Part shown: positions 9,803 through 19,243 of the stretch, one piece after another
Layout of the letters: every line of letters begins with the position of its first letter
How positions within the stretch are numbered: position 1 is the stretch's first letter
From: Lutisporaceae bacterium
Lineage (GTDB): Bacteria > Bacillota > Clostridia > Lutisporales > Lutisporaceae
DNA: 64,000 bases
Assembly (NCBI GenBank): GCA_050950645.1
Contig: JBMNHZ010000009.1
Span: 295,515 to 359,514, forward strand
Reading direction: 5' to 3'
Translations under genes and position numbers: made by a program
Notes under the pieces: model-generated
The model's input: only the letters and a program-made list of their open reading frames with translations
Told to the model about the DNA's origin: nothing
The model's database searches: none

Positions 9803-11545
9803 ATGATGAAAGGAGTAGCTGTATCACCGGGAATAGGAATAGGTAAAGCTTTTTTGCTTATTGAGCCGGATATCCGTATAAACAGCAGCAGAATAGAATC
9901 AGAATGCTGCGAGGAGGAACTCAACAGGCTCAATACAGCGGCAGAGGTTTCACAGGAGCAGCTTAAGGCTATTTACAAAAAAGCGTTGGAAAGAATGGGG
10001 CGCAAGGATGCTGAAATAATAAAGGCGCATATTATGATTCTTGAAGATCCATTTTTCATGGATGCAATAAGAGAGAAAATTACTTCAAGTCAAATAACAG
10101 CAGAGAATGCTCTGAAACAGACAATAGAAGAACATGTGCAGATGTTTAAGGAAATTGAGGACCCGTATATCCGGGAAAGGGCGGCTGATATTTCGGATGT
10201 CGGTATGCGCTTTCTTAAAAACCTTCTGGGTATTTCTTTTCAGAATCTTGATGATATAGAAGAGGATATAATACTTGTAGGATATGAGATAACACCTTCT
10301 CAAATGGCTATGCTTGACAGAAAGTACATAAAGGGAATAGTATCGGAGACAGGAGGGATAACCTCTCATACTGCAATAATTGCCAGGAATATGGATATCC
10401 CGGCTGTCCTTGGTGTGTCGGGCATAATGGAAGTAATAAAAGAAAATCAGCTTATAGCCATAGACGGATACAAGGGTATAGTAGAGGTTGATCCTGATAG
10501 TGACAGGAGGAAAGAGCTGTTTGACAGCCTGGCAAGAAAGAATGCCATAAGAAAGAAACTTAGCTGGCTGATTAATGCTCAAACCCGAACAAGGGACGGA
10601 AAGCAAGTTGAGTTATTGGGGAATATCGGCAAACCCGATGAGGCGCTTGAAGCGCTGCAAAAGGGGGCAGAAGGGATAGGGCTTTTCAGAACGGAGTTTT
10701 TGTATATGGATAGGAGCACTATGCCTGATGAGGAGGAACAGTTTGAAGCATATAAAAAAGCAGCCGCTGTTATGGATGGAAGGCCGGTTATTATACGTAC
10801 CCTGGACATTGGAGGGGACAAGGAAATTCCATATTTCAACCTGCCAAAGGAAGCAAATCCATTCCTGGGGTGGAGAGCTATAAGAGTATGCTTTGAAATG
10901 AAAGAAATGTTTAAAGCCCAGCTAAGAGCCATTCTTAGAGCCGGAGCCTTCGGCAATGTGAGGTTGATGTACCCGATGATAGCCACAGTTGATGAAGTTG
11001 CAAGAGCAAACAGCATATTGGAGGAAGCCAGGCAGGAACTCAGAGAAAGAGGAGAAGCTTTTGATGAACAGATGAAGGTGGGTATAATGGTTGAAATTCC
11101 TTCTGCAGCTATTACATCAGACCATATAATAAAGGAAGTGGATTTCTTCAGTATCGGTACCAATGATCTTACTCAGTATACTCTTGCAGTTGACAGAATG
11201 AATGAAAAGGTCAGCTCAATATACAAAAAGTTTTCTCCTTCAGTTTTAAGGCTGATTAAAAAGGTAATAGATGTATCACATAATGAGGGAAAGGTAACCG
11301 CTATATGCGGAGAACTGGCGGGAAATCCGGAAGCATGCCTGCTGCTTCTGGGCTTGGGGCTTGATGAATTCAGCATGAATGCATCTTCCATAATAAAAAT
11401 CCGCAAAATAATAACCAGTGTTGATTTCAGACAAGCGGAACTGATTTCAAAGCGGGCAATGGAGCTGGAGGATGCTGTCCAAATAGAAGAGTATCTGCTT
11501 CAAGAGCTTAAGAATCTGGGATTGGATTATTTATTAGAATTGTAA
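9803..11545 (+). CDS. ptsI: PTS enzyme I (phosphoenolpyruvate-protein phosphotransferase)
   Basis: 580 aa with the active-site His region GGITSHTAIIARNM and a PEP-utilising C-terminal barrel (FFSIGTNDLTQY). Confidence 0.9.
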   Translation: MMKGVAVSPGIGIGKAFLLIEPDIRINSSRIESECCEEELNRLNTAAEVSQEQLKAIYKKALERMGRKDAEIIKAHIMILEDPFFMDAIREKITSSQITAENALKQTIEEHVQMFKEIEDPYIRERAADISDVGMRFLKNLLGISFQNLDDIEEDIILVGYEITPSQMAMLDRKYIKGIVSETGGITSHTAIIARNMDIPAVLGVSGIMEVIKENQLIAIDGYKGIVEVDPDSDRRKELFDSLARKNAIRKKLSWLINAQTRTRDGKQVELLGNIGKPDEALEALQKGAEGIGLFRTEFLYMDRSTMPDEEEQFEAYKKAAAVMDGRPVIIRTLDIGGDKEIPYFNLPKEANPFLGWRAIRVCFEMKEMFKAQLRAILRAGAFGNVRLMYPMIATVDEVARANSILEEARQELRERGEAFDEQMKVGIMVEIPSAAITSDHIIKEVDFFSIGTNDLTQYTLAVDRMNEKVSSIYKKFSPSVLRLIKKVIDVSHNEGKVTAICGELAGNPEACLLLLGLGLDEFSMNASSIIKIRKIITSVDFRQAELISKRAMELEDAVQIEEYLLQELKNLGLDYLLEL

Positions 11546-11624
11546 GACCTAAGGAACTTTTTTATTTTATTGTATAAGAGTTCCATGTATAATAAAATTA
11601 AGAAAATTATAATGGGGTGTTACC

Positions 11625-11945
11625 ATGAAAGTTACTAAAATGGAAGCTGACTTGTATTGTGTCAATTGCAGCAAAAATACACTTCATAATATAACTTACC
11701 TGGGTGACAGCATTAAGGAAATCGAGTGCACTGAATGCAAGGCTACCCTTGAAATTGACGACAGGCTGGTATTATCAACATATGCAGCAGATATCTTTGA
11801 ACGTATCAGGACGAAGCCCGAGCGTATCAGCAGGGAAATGCGGGAAGATCTGTCAATGTTTATGCGCTCCATACCTATCAGGGTAATAACAAAACCATAC
11901 AGAATGATAAAAGAATTCAAATCAATAAAGGATATTAAGGAATAG
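11625..11945 (+). CDS. Small zinc-ribbon protein, function unknown
   Basis: 106 aa with CxxC ... CxxC (CVNC ... CTEC) near the N-terminus. RBS ggggtg lies upstream. Confidence 0.5.
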   Translation: MKVTKMEADLYCVNCSKNTLHNITYLGDSIKEIECTECKATLEIDDRLVLSTYAADIFERIRTKPERISREMREDLSMFMRSIPIRVITKPYRMIKEFKSIKDIKE

Positions 11946-12155
11946 ACGCTGCTCCTGTACATGAGAAATATAATTGCCGATACCTGATAAGGAAAGCATA
12001 CATTAAGGATTATGAAGGGAAATGACGAATTGCATTCGATAAATGTTATACGGATTTACATCGGCAATGTGTGCAGAATATGAAGGGGTACACATTGCAA
12101 TTGCATGGAAAAATACCTGTAAGCATGGCATTCTATAATATGAGGTGATAATACT

Positions 12156-12635
12156 ATGCCCGGATACAGAGTCGGAAACGGCTATGACGTACATAGGCTG
12201 ACAGAAGGAAGGAAGCTGATATTGGGAGGAGTTGAAATCCCTTATAAAGAGGGATTGCTGGGACATTCGGATGCGGATGTGCTTGTTCACTCAATAATGG
12301 ATGCACTGCTGGGAGCATGCGGTGAAGCAGATATTGGAAAGCATTTCCCTGATAATGATATGTCCTACAAAGATATATCAAGCCTTTTGCTGCTGAAAAA
12401 AGTCAAGGATATTCTTGATGCCAAGGGATATCAAATTTCTAATATAGACAGCATTATTACAGCGGAAAAACCAAAGCTTTCACCATATATAGATGAAATG
12501 AAGGCAAATATAGCAGCAGTACTGCAGCTTGACAAGGATTGTATCGGTATCAAGGCCACTACTTCGGAGGGTTTGGGCTTTGCTGGCAGAGGTGAAGGAA
12601 TTGCAGCGTATGCCGTGGCAGCCATTTGCAAGTAA
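12156..12635 (+). CDS. ispF: 2-C-methyl-D-erythritol 2,4-cyclodiphosphate synthase
   Basis: 159 aa. [12 protein letters not shown]...GHSDADV metal-binding motifs are typical of IspF. Confidence 0.9.
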   Translation: MPGYRVGNGYDVHRLTEGRKLILGGVEIPYKEGLLGHSDADVLVHSIMDALLGACGEADIGKHFPDNDMSYKDISSLLLLKKVKDILDAKGYQISNIDSIITAEKPKLSPYIDEMKANIAAVLQLDKDCIGIKATTSEGLGFAGRGEGIAAYAVAAICK

Positions 12636-12691
12636 AATGTCCATAAGCGTTGCACTTCCAGCTATTTTATAGGAAGGTGAGAATTCACAAA

Positions 12692-13009
12692 ATGTTTTTA
12701 TCAGGGAGAAAGGGCAGCGGAAATAAATTCACTTTTATTTCAATTGTGATGATAATTGCTGTCGTATATTTTTTTAAGCTGATATCACCTCAGAAGGAGG
12801 CAGAATATCCCGATACAATACATTATGATAATCATAAATATTATTACGTAGAGACTGTAAAGGGTTATCCTATCATGTTTGTGAGGAAGAAGACAGTGAG
12901 CGAGGAGGGATATATAATTCTTGCCCGTAGGGGCATCGATATCACGGAGGAGGCCTATATATACGAAGGATATCGGAAATACAGGCGGTATAGGGCACTA
13001 AAAGAATAG
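12692..13009 (+). CDS. Hypothetical membrane-anchored protein
   Basis: ORF with an N-terminal hydrophobic segment (FTFISIVMIIAVVYFF). ATG 12692 after aggaaggtga is preferred over the track start at 12650. Confidence 0.45.
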   Translation: MFLSGRKGSGNKFTFISIVMIIAVVYFFKLISPQKEAEYPDTIHYDNHKYYYVETVKGYPIMFVRKKTVSEEGYIILARRGIDITEEAYIYEGYRKYRRYRALKE

Positions 13010-13084
13010 AGGCAAATGCAGATAAAAAAGTATTGACATAATATCTATTAACTATAATAATATATATAATTGAAGGTATAATTA

Positions 13085-13323
13085 CAACTGAATAAATGAT
13101 GCACGGATCGGGAAGAGTAAATCAGAAAGGCATACAGAGAGGAACCTTCGGCGGTTGAGAGAGGTTTCATGATACGCTGATTGAAGTGCACCCGTGAGCA
13201 CCGGAGAGGAAGCTGAATGATTGTAAAGTAGTATTCTCCGGCGGATTACCGTTAATTCTTGAGAGTATCAAAAGAGTGGAACCGCGGAATTGCCCGCCTC
13301 TTTAAGAGGCGGGTTTATCTATT
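13085..13323 (+). promoter_or_regulatory. T-box riboswitch leader, Cys specifier (UGC), controlling cysS
   Basis: Specifier-loop context ttgaagTGCaccc (UGC at 13187-13189). Conserved T-box sequence aaagaGTGGAACCGCGg at 13270-13287. Terminator gcccgcctc-tttaa-gaggcgggt plus a T-tract at 13292-13325. Possible promoter with TTGACA at 13033-13038. Confidence 0.85.
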
Positions 13324-13371
13324 TTGACACATACCCCAAGCTTAATATTTATGTATAGGAAGGTGTTAGAA

Positions 13372-14766
13372 ATGAAGCTTTATAACACAATGACAAGGAA
13401 AAAGGAAAAGTTTGAACCTATTACTCCGGGAGAAGTAAAAATGTACTCCTGCGGACCGACAGTCTATAATTTTTTCCATATAGGAAACGCAAGACCCTTC
13501 ATAATATTTGACATTTTAAGAAGGTATCTTGAATATAGGGGTTACAAGGTAACCTTTGTACAGAATTTCACTGATGTTGACGATAAAATAATCAAGAGGG
13601 CGAAGGATGAAAACACGACAGAAAAAGAGGTGTCCGACAGGTTCATACAAGAATACTTTAGAGATGCGGAGGCATTAAATATAAGAAAGGCCGATTATCA
13701 TCCCAGAGTAACAGAGCACATAGATGAAATAATAGACATAATAAAGAGGCTGGAAGCAAATGGCTTTACTTATACTGTTGACGGAGACGTATACTATGAT
13801 ACTTCAAAGTTTGTTGAATATGGCAAGCTATCCAAACAGAATCTCAATGAATTGGAAGCAGGCGCCAGGATTGATGTAAATGAAGTTAAAAGGAACCCCT
13901 TTGATTTTGTGCTTTGGAAGGGGCAAAAGCCCGGAGAACCTGCATGGGAAAGCCCCTGGGGCATGGGTAGGCCGGGTTGGCACATAGAGTGCTCTGCCAT
14001 GTCTATGAGGTATTTGGGGGAGACTATAGATATCCATTCCGGAGGGCAGGATCTTATATTTCCTCATCACGAGAATGAAATCGCGCAGAGTGAAGGAGCT
14101 ACAGGAAAGCCTTTCGCAAGGTATTGGCTGCATAATGCATTCCTTAATATTAATAATGAAAAGATGTCCAAATCACTGAACAATTTTTTCACAGTCAGGG
14201 ACATTGAAGAAAAATTCGATCTGGAGGTTTTCAGGCTTTTCATGATTTCTGCTCATTACAGGAGTCCCTTGAATTTCAGTGCCGAGCTCCTGGAACAGGC
14301 AAAGAGTGCTTTAGAAAGGTTATATAATGCAAAAAATAATCTTATATATCTTCTGGATAAGGCACAGGAGAAGCCCTTGACACAGGAGGAGGAGAATTTT
14401 AAAGAAACTCTTTCAGGATACAGGAGCAAGTTCAATGAGTCTATGGATGATGACCTGAATACTGCCGATGGATTGGCTGTTATATTTGACATGGTAAGGG
14501 ATATCAATTCCAACGTCAAAGCAGAATCCTCCAGGGTACTGGTGAAAGCATCCTATGATATGCTTATGGAGCTATTGGGAGTGCTGGGCTTGCTTTATAA
14601 GAAAGAAGAAAGCCTGGATACGGAAATAGAGAAATTTATAGAGGAAAGACAGCAGGCAAGAAAAGAAAAGAACTGGGCTTTGGCCGACAAAATAAGGGAT
14701 GATCTAAAGGCACAGGGAATAATTCTTGAAGATACCCCCGAGGGAGTAAAGTGGAGAAGGGTGTAA
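13372..14766 (+). CDS. cysS: Cysteinyl-tRNA synthetase
   Basis: HIGH-type motif (FFHIGNARP) and KMSKS are present. ATG 13372 after aggaaggtg is preferred; the track ORF starts inside the T-box terminator. Confidence 0.9.
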   Translation: MKLYNTMTRKKEKFEPITPGEVKMYSCGPTVYNFFHIGNARPFIIFDILRRYLEYRGYKVTFVQNFTDVDDKIIKRAKDENTTEKEVSDRFIQEYFRDAEALNIRKADYHPRVTEHIDEIIDIIKRLEANGFTYTVDGDVYYDTSKFVEYGKLSKQNLNELEAGARIDVNEVKRNPFDFVLWKGQKPGEPAWESPWGMGRPGWHIECSAMSMRYLGETIDIHSGGQDLIFPHHENEIAQSEGATGKPFARYWLHNAFLNINNEKMSKSLNNFFTVRDIEEKFDLEVFRLFMISAHYRSPLNFSAELLEQAKSALERLYNAKNNLIYLLDKAQEKPLTQEEENFKETLSGYRSKFNESMDDDLNTADGLAVIFDMVRDINSNVKAESSRVLVKASYDMLMELLGVLGLLYKKEESLDTEIEKFIEERQQARKEKNWALADKIRDDLKAQGIILEDTPEGVKWRRV

Positions 14767-14770
14767 AACC

Positions 14771-16093
14771 ATGTCTGATTTGCTGTTGTATGTTGTTACG
14801 GGTCTTCTTGTCATAAATTTGATCGTTTTGATAATCATAATGAATACCAGACCGACGGGCAGCCTGATAAAGATTGAAGCCGGACTTGAAGCTATGGAGA
14901 AAAATATCGATAAGCTTAACAGAACGGTTATGGAGGAAATGCTGCAGAATAGGGAGGAGCTTGCAGGCTCAATAAAACTATTCAACGAAATGATTGCCTC
15001 CCAAATGTCGGAGATATCAAATTTACAGCGCAGCCAGCTGGATATATTCTCCCAGCAGCTTACAAACCTTACACGGACAAACGAATACAGGCTTGACAAA
15101 ATGAGAGACACAATTGAAGAAAAGCTGAAGCATCTGCAGGAGGATAACAGCAAAAAACTGGATCAGATGAGGGCGACCGTAGATGAAAGGCTGAGTTCCA
15201 CCCTTGAGCAGCGGCTTGGGGAATCCTTCAAGCTGGTGAGTGAAAGACTGGAAATGGTTCACAAGGGTCTGGGGGAAATGCAGACCCTGGCTTCGGGGGT
15301 GGGGGATCTTAAAAGGGTCCTTACCAATGTTAAAACTAGGGGTACCTGGGGAGAAATTCAGCTGGGTAATATACTCGAACAGATTCTAACTCCTGAGCAG
15401 TATTCAAAAAATGTAGCTACAATAAAGGGATCAAGAGAAAGAGTTGAATTTGCAATAAAGCTGCCTGGAAAAGATGAAAAGGGCGAAGAAACGATATGGC
15501 TGCCCATAGATTCAAAGTTTCCCCAGGAGGATTATCAGAGATTGCTGGATGCACAGGAGCAGGGAAATTCCACTAAAGCTGAAGAAGCGGCAAAGGCCAT
15601 GGAGTTAAAGGTTAAAAGCTTTGCCAGGGATATAAGGGATAAATACATAAGTCCTCCGGAGACAACCGACTTCGGGATAATGTTTTTGCCTACCGAAGGC
15701 CTTTATGCGGAGATACTCAGAAGGCCGGGACTGTGTGACTACTTGCAGCGCCAATACAGAATAGTGATAGCCGGTCCTACGACCTTGGTTGCCTTGTTAA
15801 ACAGCCTGCAGATGGGTTTCAAAACCCTTGCAATAGAGAAGCGTTCAAGCGAGGTATGGAATCTTCTTGGAGCAGTTAAAACCGAATTCGGCAAGTTCGG
15901 CGATATTTTGGACAAAACCCGTAAGAAGCTTCAGGAGGCGAGCAATACCATCGAGGATGCTGCAAGGAAGTCCAGAAGTATAGGCAGAAAGCTGAAAAAT
16001 GTGCAGGAACTGTCGGCGGAGGATTCTGCTGCGCTGCTGGAGGAAGGCGAAGATACGGACTCCGCCCAGATAGCTTCTGCAAAAGAGATATGA
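14771..16093 (+). CDS. rmuC: DNA recombination protein RmuC
   Basis: 440 aa: N-terminal TM segment, long coiled coil, and a C-terminal RmuC-type nuclease-like region (family recognised by overall pattern). Confidence 0.75.
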   Translation: MSDLLLYVVTGLLVINLIVLIIIMNTRPTGSLIKIEAGLEAMEKNIDKLNRTVMEEMLQNREELAGSIKLFNEMIASQMSEISNLQRSQLDIFSQQLTNLTRTNEYRLDKMRDTIEEKLKHLQEDNSKKLDQMRATVDERLSSTLEQRLGESFKLVSERLEMVHKGLGEMQTLASGVGDLKRVLTNVKTRGTWGEIQLGNILEQILTPEQYSKNVATIKGSRERVEFAIKLPGKDEKGEETIWLPIDSKFPQEDYQRLLDAQEQGNSTKAEEAAKAMELKVKSFARDIRDKYISPPETTDFGIMFLPTEGLYAEILRRPGLCDYLQRQYRIVIAGPTTLVALLNSLQMGFKTLAIEKRSSEVWNLLGAVKTEFGKFGDILDKTRKKLQEASNTIEDAARKSRSIGRKLKNVQELSAEDSAALLEEGEDTDSAQIASAKEI

Positions 16094-16100
16094 AATAAAT

Positions 16101-16604
16101 ATGAATGTCGGTAAAATATATAGGTATTGTATGAGAAATGATTATTTGGAAAAGAACTATAAAAAGCTGCTGGAGGAGCTGCACCAGCTGATGATGGACA
16201 GCGGAAAGCTCTCGCTTTCAGATGTCAAGATGCTGAACCCCCTTGTGCTTGCATATGCGGGGGATTCAGTCTATGATACTTTTGTCAGGACCCTGCTGGT
16301 ATCGGGAGGCCATGGGCAGGTTGCAAAGCTGCATAAAATGTCCGTAGAGTTTGTGAAGGCAAAGGCACAGGCGGATATTCTGGGGAAGATAAATGAGCTG
16401 TTGACCCCTGAAGAACAGGATATAGTCAGGAGAGGAAGAAATACAAAGTCTACAACCATGCCTAAAAATGCGGATGTTTTTGATTATAGATATGCCACAG
16501 GCTTTGAGGCCCTGATAGGATTTTTGTATCTTACAGGACAAATTGAAAGGCTTATGGAGATAATCAGATTGGTGATTGATGTAAAAACAGGTTCGCAGAA
16601 GTAG
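16101..16604 (+). CDS. mrnC: Mini-ribonuclease 3
   Basis: LAYAGDSVYDTFVR and RGRN...PKNADVFDYRYATGFEALIGFLYL match Mini-III. The true start may be ATG 16191, which gives a length closer to the roughly 140 aa of Bacillus MrnC. Confidence 0.8.
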   Translation: MNVGKIYRYCMRNDYLEKNYKKLLEELHQLMMDSGKLSLSDVKMLNPLVLAYAGDSVYDTFVRTLLVSGGHGQVAKLHKMSVEFVKAKAQADILGKINELLTPEEQDIVRRGRNTKSTTMPKNADVFDYRYATGFEALIGFLYLTGQIERLMEIIRLVIDVKTGSQK

Positions 16605-16692
16605 AATTTTCTGGACATGGAGAGCAAGCGGAGGTTAAAATTATATAAATGGTAAGAGCTATAAATCATGTGGTAAAGGTGGGAATAGTAAT

Positions 16693-17454
16693 ATGAAGGT
16701 GAAGATAATTCAGCATACCCCTGAGCCGGAAAAGCTTGTGGCATCAGCTGCCAAACTGTGCTATTCTCCTGTAGGAGTAGAAAACATAATGGACGGATTG
16801 GATGAAGAAAAGGTCGATAAGTTTCTGAGCATGCTTATGGATCTTGGACATGCAAGCCCTGTGGAGCATGTGGTGTTTACCTTCGGGGTTGAAGGTGTAA
16901 GCAGAGTATTGACACACCAGCTGGTAAGGCACAGAGTTGGCTGCTCATATTCCCAGCAGTCTCAAAGGTACGTAAAGCTGGAACAGTTTGAATACATAAT
17001 ACCTCCTGAAATAGAAAGGATACCGGCTGCGAAGGAAAGATTCATAAGGACCATGGAAGAGGATCAAAGGGCATATAATGAGATTGCAGAGATGCTAAGG
17101 CAGGAGCATCTTAAGAAGTACCTGGCTGAAGGCAAGACGGAGAAACAGGCGAGGATTATGGCTGAAAAAACAGCAATAGAAGATGCCCGTTATGTATTTC
17201 CAAATGCCTGTGAGACAAAAATCGTATTTACAATGTCAGCAAGAGCATTGATGAATTTTTTCAGGCAAAGATGCTGCAACAGAGCCCAATGGGAAATCAG
17301 GGAAATGGCGGAGGAAATGCTGAGGCAGGTAAAGGATGTAGCCCCCATATTGTTTAAAAATGCGGGCCCCGGATGCGTTGCAGGCCAATGCCCTGAAGGA
17401 GCCATGTCCTGCGGAAAAATGAACGAAGTAAAAGAAAAATATAAAAACCTGTAG
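16693..17454 (+). CDS. thyX: Flavin-dependent thymidylate synthase
   Basis: ThyX signature [15 protein letters not shown]. Confidence 0.9.
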   Translation: MKVKIIQHTPEPEKLVASAAKLCYSPVGVENIMDGLDEEKVDKFLSMLMDLGHASPVEHVVFTFGVEGVSRVLTHQLVRHRVGCSYSQQSQRYVKLEQFEYIIPPEIERIPAAKERFIRTMEEDQRAYNEIAEMLRQEHLKKYLAEGKTEKQARIMAEKTAIEDARYVFPNACETKIVFTMSARALMNFFRQRCCNRAQWEIREMAEEMLRQVKDVAPILFKNAGPGCVAGQCPEGAMSCGKMNEVKEKYKNL

Positions 17455-17515
17455 AATATAATTGTTTTTATTATTTTGCAGATAATAAAGTAATACATAG
17501 ATTAAAGAAATAAGG

Positions 17516-18448
17516 ATGAAGATTATGGCATCAAATTATTCAAAACCCTCAAGGCAGGTCAGCAAATTAAAAAAATCAAAGCCCTATGACAAAGCAAAAC
17601 CTATCGGAAAGAGAAAGCCCTTTGAAAAGGCTGCACCTTATGAAGCAGGCAAGCTGAAGGATAAGTACAAAACCGGCTTATGGCAGGAAGAAGCTGATAA
17701 CGACGACATCAACCTGATTGAAGGAAGAAATCCTGTGCTTGAGGCGCTTAAATCAGGCAGAGAAATCGATAAGATTTTTATACAGAAGGGCGCCGGGGAA
17801 GGTTCTATAAGACAGATAATAGCTATTGCCAGAGAGAAAAAGATACTTGTCAAGGAAGTGGATAAAGCAAAGCTTGACGGCCTTTCAAGGACAAGAAACC
17901 ATCAGGGGATAATAGCTTCGGCAGCTTTGTACAAGTATTATGAGGTGGAGGATATTCTCAGTGCTGCAAAAGAAAAAGGCGAGGACCCATTCATCATAAT
18001 ACTTGATGAAATAACTGACAACAATAACCTTGGATCAATACTCCGTTCAGCTGATGCATCAGGGGTTCACGGTATAATAATACCCAAGAGGAGAGCTGTC
18101 GGACTTACGCCTGCAGTGGCGAAGATTTCTGCAGGAGCGGTTGAATATGTGCCGGTTGCTAAAGTTACGAACCTGAACCATACAATAGAATATCTGAAAA
18201 AAGAAGGACTATGGATTGTAGGTGCTGATATGGGTGGAGAAACATATTACGGCAAAGACATGACCGGCCCCATTGCATTGGTGATCGGCAGCGAAGGTGA
18301 AGGCCTTGGCCGCCTTATAAAGGAAAACTGCGATTTTCTTGTCAGCATCCCTATGAGAGGCAAGATTTCATCTTTAAATGCAGCTGTGTCTGCTGCAATA
18401 ATACTGTTCGAGATACAAAAGCAGCGGGCAGCAAAGAAGATCATGTAA
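17516..18448 (+). CDS. rlmB: 23S rRNA (guanosine-2'-O)-methyltransferase, TrmH/SpoU family
   Basis: Lys-rich N-terminal extension followed by a SpoU methylase domain (GSEGEGL...IPM.G.ISSLNAAVSAAI). Occupies the same position as Bacillus yacO/rlmB, upstream of sigH. Confidence 0.8.
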   Translation: MKIMASNYSKPSRQVSKLKKSKPYDKAKPIGKRKPFEKAAPYEAGKLKDKYKTGLWQEEADNDDINLIEGRNPVLEALKSGREIDKIFIQKGAGEGSIRQIIAIAREKKILVKEVDKAKLDGLSRTRNHQGIIASAALYKYYEVEDILSAAKEKGEDPFIIILDEITDNNNLGSILRSADASGVHGIIIPKRRAVGLTPAVAKISAGAVEYVPVAKVTNLNHTIEYLKKEGLWIVGADMGGETYYGKDMTGPIALVIGSEGEGLGRLIKENCDFLVSIPMRGKISSLNAAVSAAIILFEIQKQRAAKKIM

Positions 18449-18497
18449 ATTACTAAGACTGCCGCCTTGGGAAAATTAGTCGAGAGGGCACTAAAAC

Positions 18498-18526
18498 TTG
18501 ACTAAAACTGCTGGTATATGTATAAT
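18498..18526 (+). promoter_or_regulatory. Sigma-A type promoter for sigH
   Basis: TTGACT (18498-18503), a 17-nt spacer, then TATAAT (18521-18526), about 40 nt upstream of the sigH start. Confidence 0.55.
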
Positions 18527-18567
18527 AATAATGTGGTTTTCTATGTCTAACACATGGAGGCGATAGA

Positions 18568-19212
18568 TTGGAAGTAAATGCAGAAAAAAAATTCATTGAA
18601 AGCTATGACAGAATGCTTGATGAGGAAATTGTACTCAGTGCCAGAGATGGAAATGCCACATCTCTTGAGTATATAATAAACAAGTACAAGAATTTTGTCA
18701 GAGCAAAAGCCAGATCTTACTTCCTGATAGGTGCCGATAAGGAGGACATAGTTCAGGAAGGTATGATAGGATTATATAAAGCCATAAGAGATTTCAGAAA
18801 TGATAAGCTGTCTTCCTTCAGAGCCTTCGCAGAACTTTGCATTACCAGGCAGATAATAACTGCGATAAAGACTGCCACAAGACAAAAGCATATTCCTCTT
18901 AACTCATATGTTTCACTTAATAAGCCCATTTATGACGAAGAATCAGACAGGACACTTCTTGACATACTTACCGCGACAAAGATAACTGACCCCGAAGAGC
19001 TTATAATCAGCAGAGAGGAACTTGTATCAATTGAATCAAAAATTGGTGAAATATTAAGTGATTTGGAGCTTGAGGTGCTGATGTCATACCTTCAGGGAAA
19101 GTCCTACCAGGAAATTGCCTGTGACTTGGACAGGCATGTGAAATCAATAGACAATGCACTCCAGAGAGTAAAAAGAAAGCTTGAAAAATATCTGGAAATT
19201 AAAGATATATAA
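18568..19212 (+). CDS. sigH: RNA polymerase sporulation sigma factor SigH
   Basis: 214 aa sigma-70 family protein (region 2 DKEDIVQEGMIGLYKAIRDF, region 4 SYQEIACDL). TTG start 7 nt after tggagg. Gene order rlmB-sigH-...-rpmG-secE-nusG matches Bacillus. Confidence 0.8.
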   Translation: MEVNAEKKFIESYDRMLDEEIVLSARDGNATSLEYIINKYKNFVRAKARSYFLIGADKEDIVQEGMIGLYKAIRDFRNDKLSSFRAFAELCITRQIITAIKTATRQKHIPLNSYVSLNKPIYDEESDRTLLDILTATKITDPEELIISREELVSIESKIGEILSDLELEVLMSYLQGKSYQEIACDLDRHVKSIDNALQRVKRKLEKYLEIKDI

Positions 19213-19243
19213 AAACAAAGCCCCCCTGAGGAGGTTTTGTTTT
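19212..19243. terminator. Bidirectional terminator between convergent sigH and the mutS2-like gene
   Basis: Hairpin aaaacaaagccccc-ctga-ggaggttttgtttt fills the whole 31-nt gap between the two stop codons. It has an A-run on one side and a T-run on the other. Confidence 0.55.

Noticed and set aside
12003-12381. Minus-strand ORFs of 95 and 75 aa overlapping the ispF start
   Set aside because: They overlap a confidently identified gene on the other strand, have no RBS and give an implausible protein sequence.
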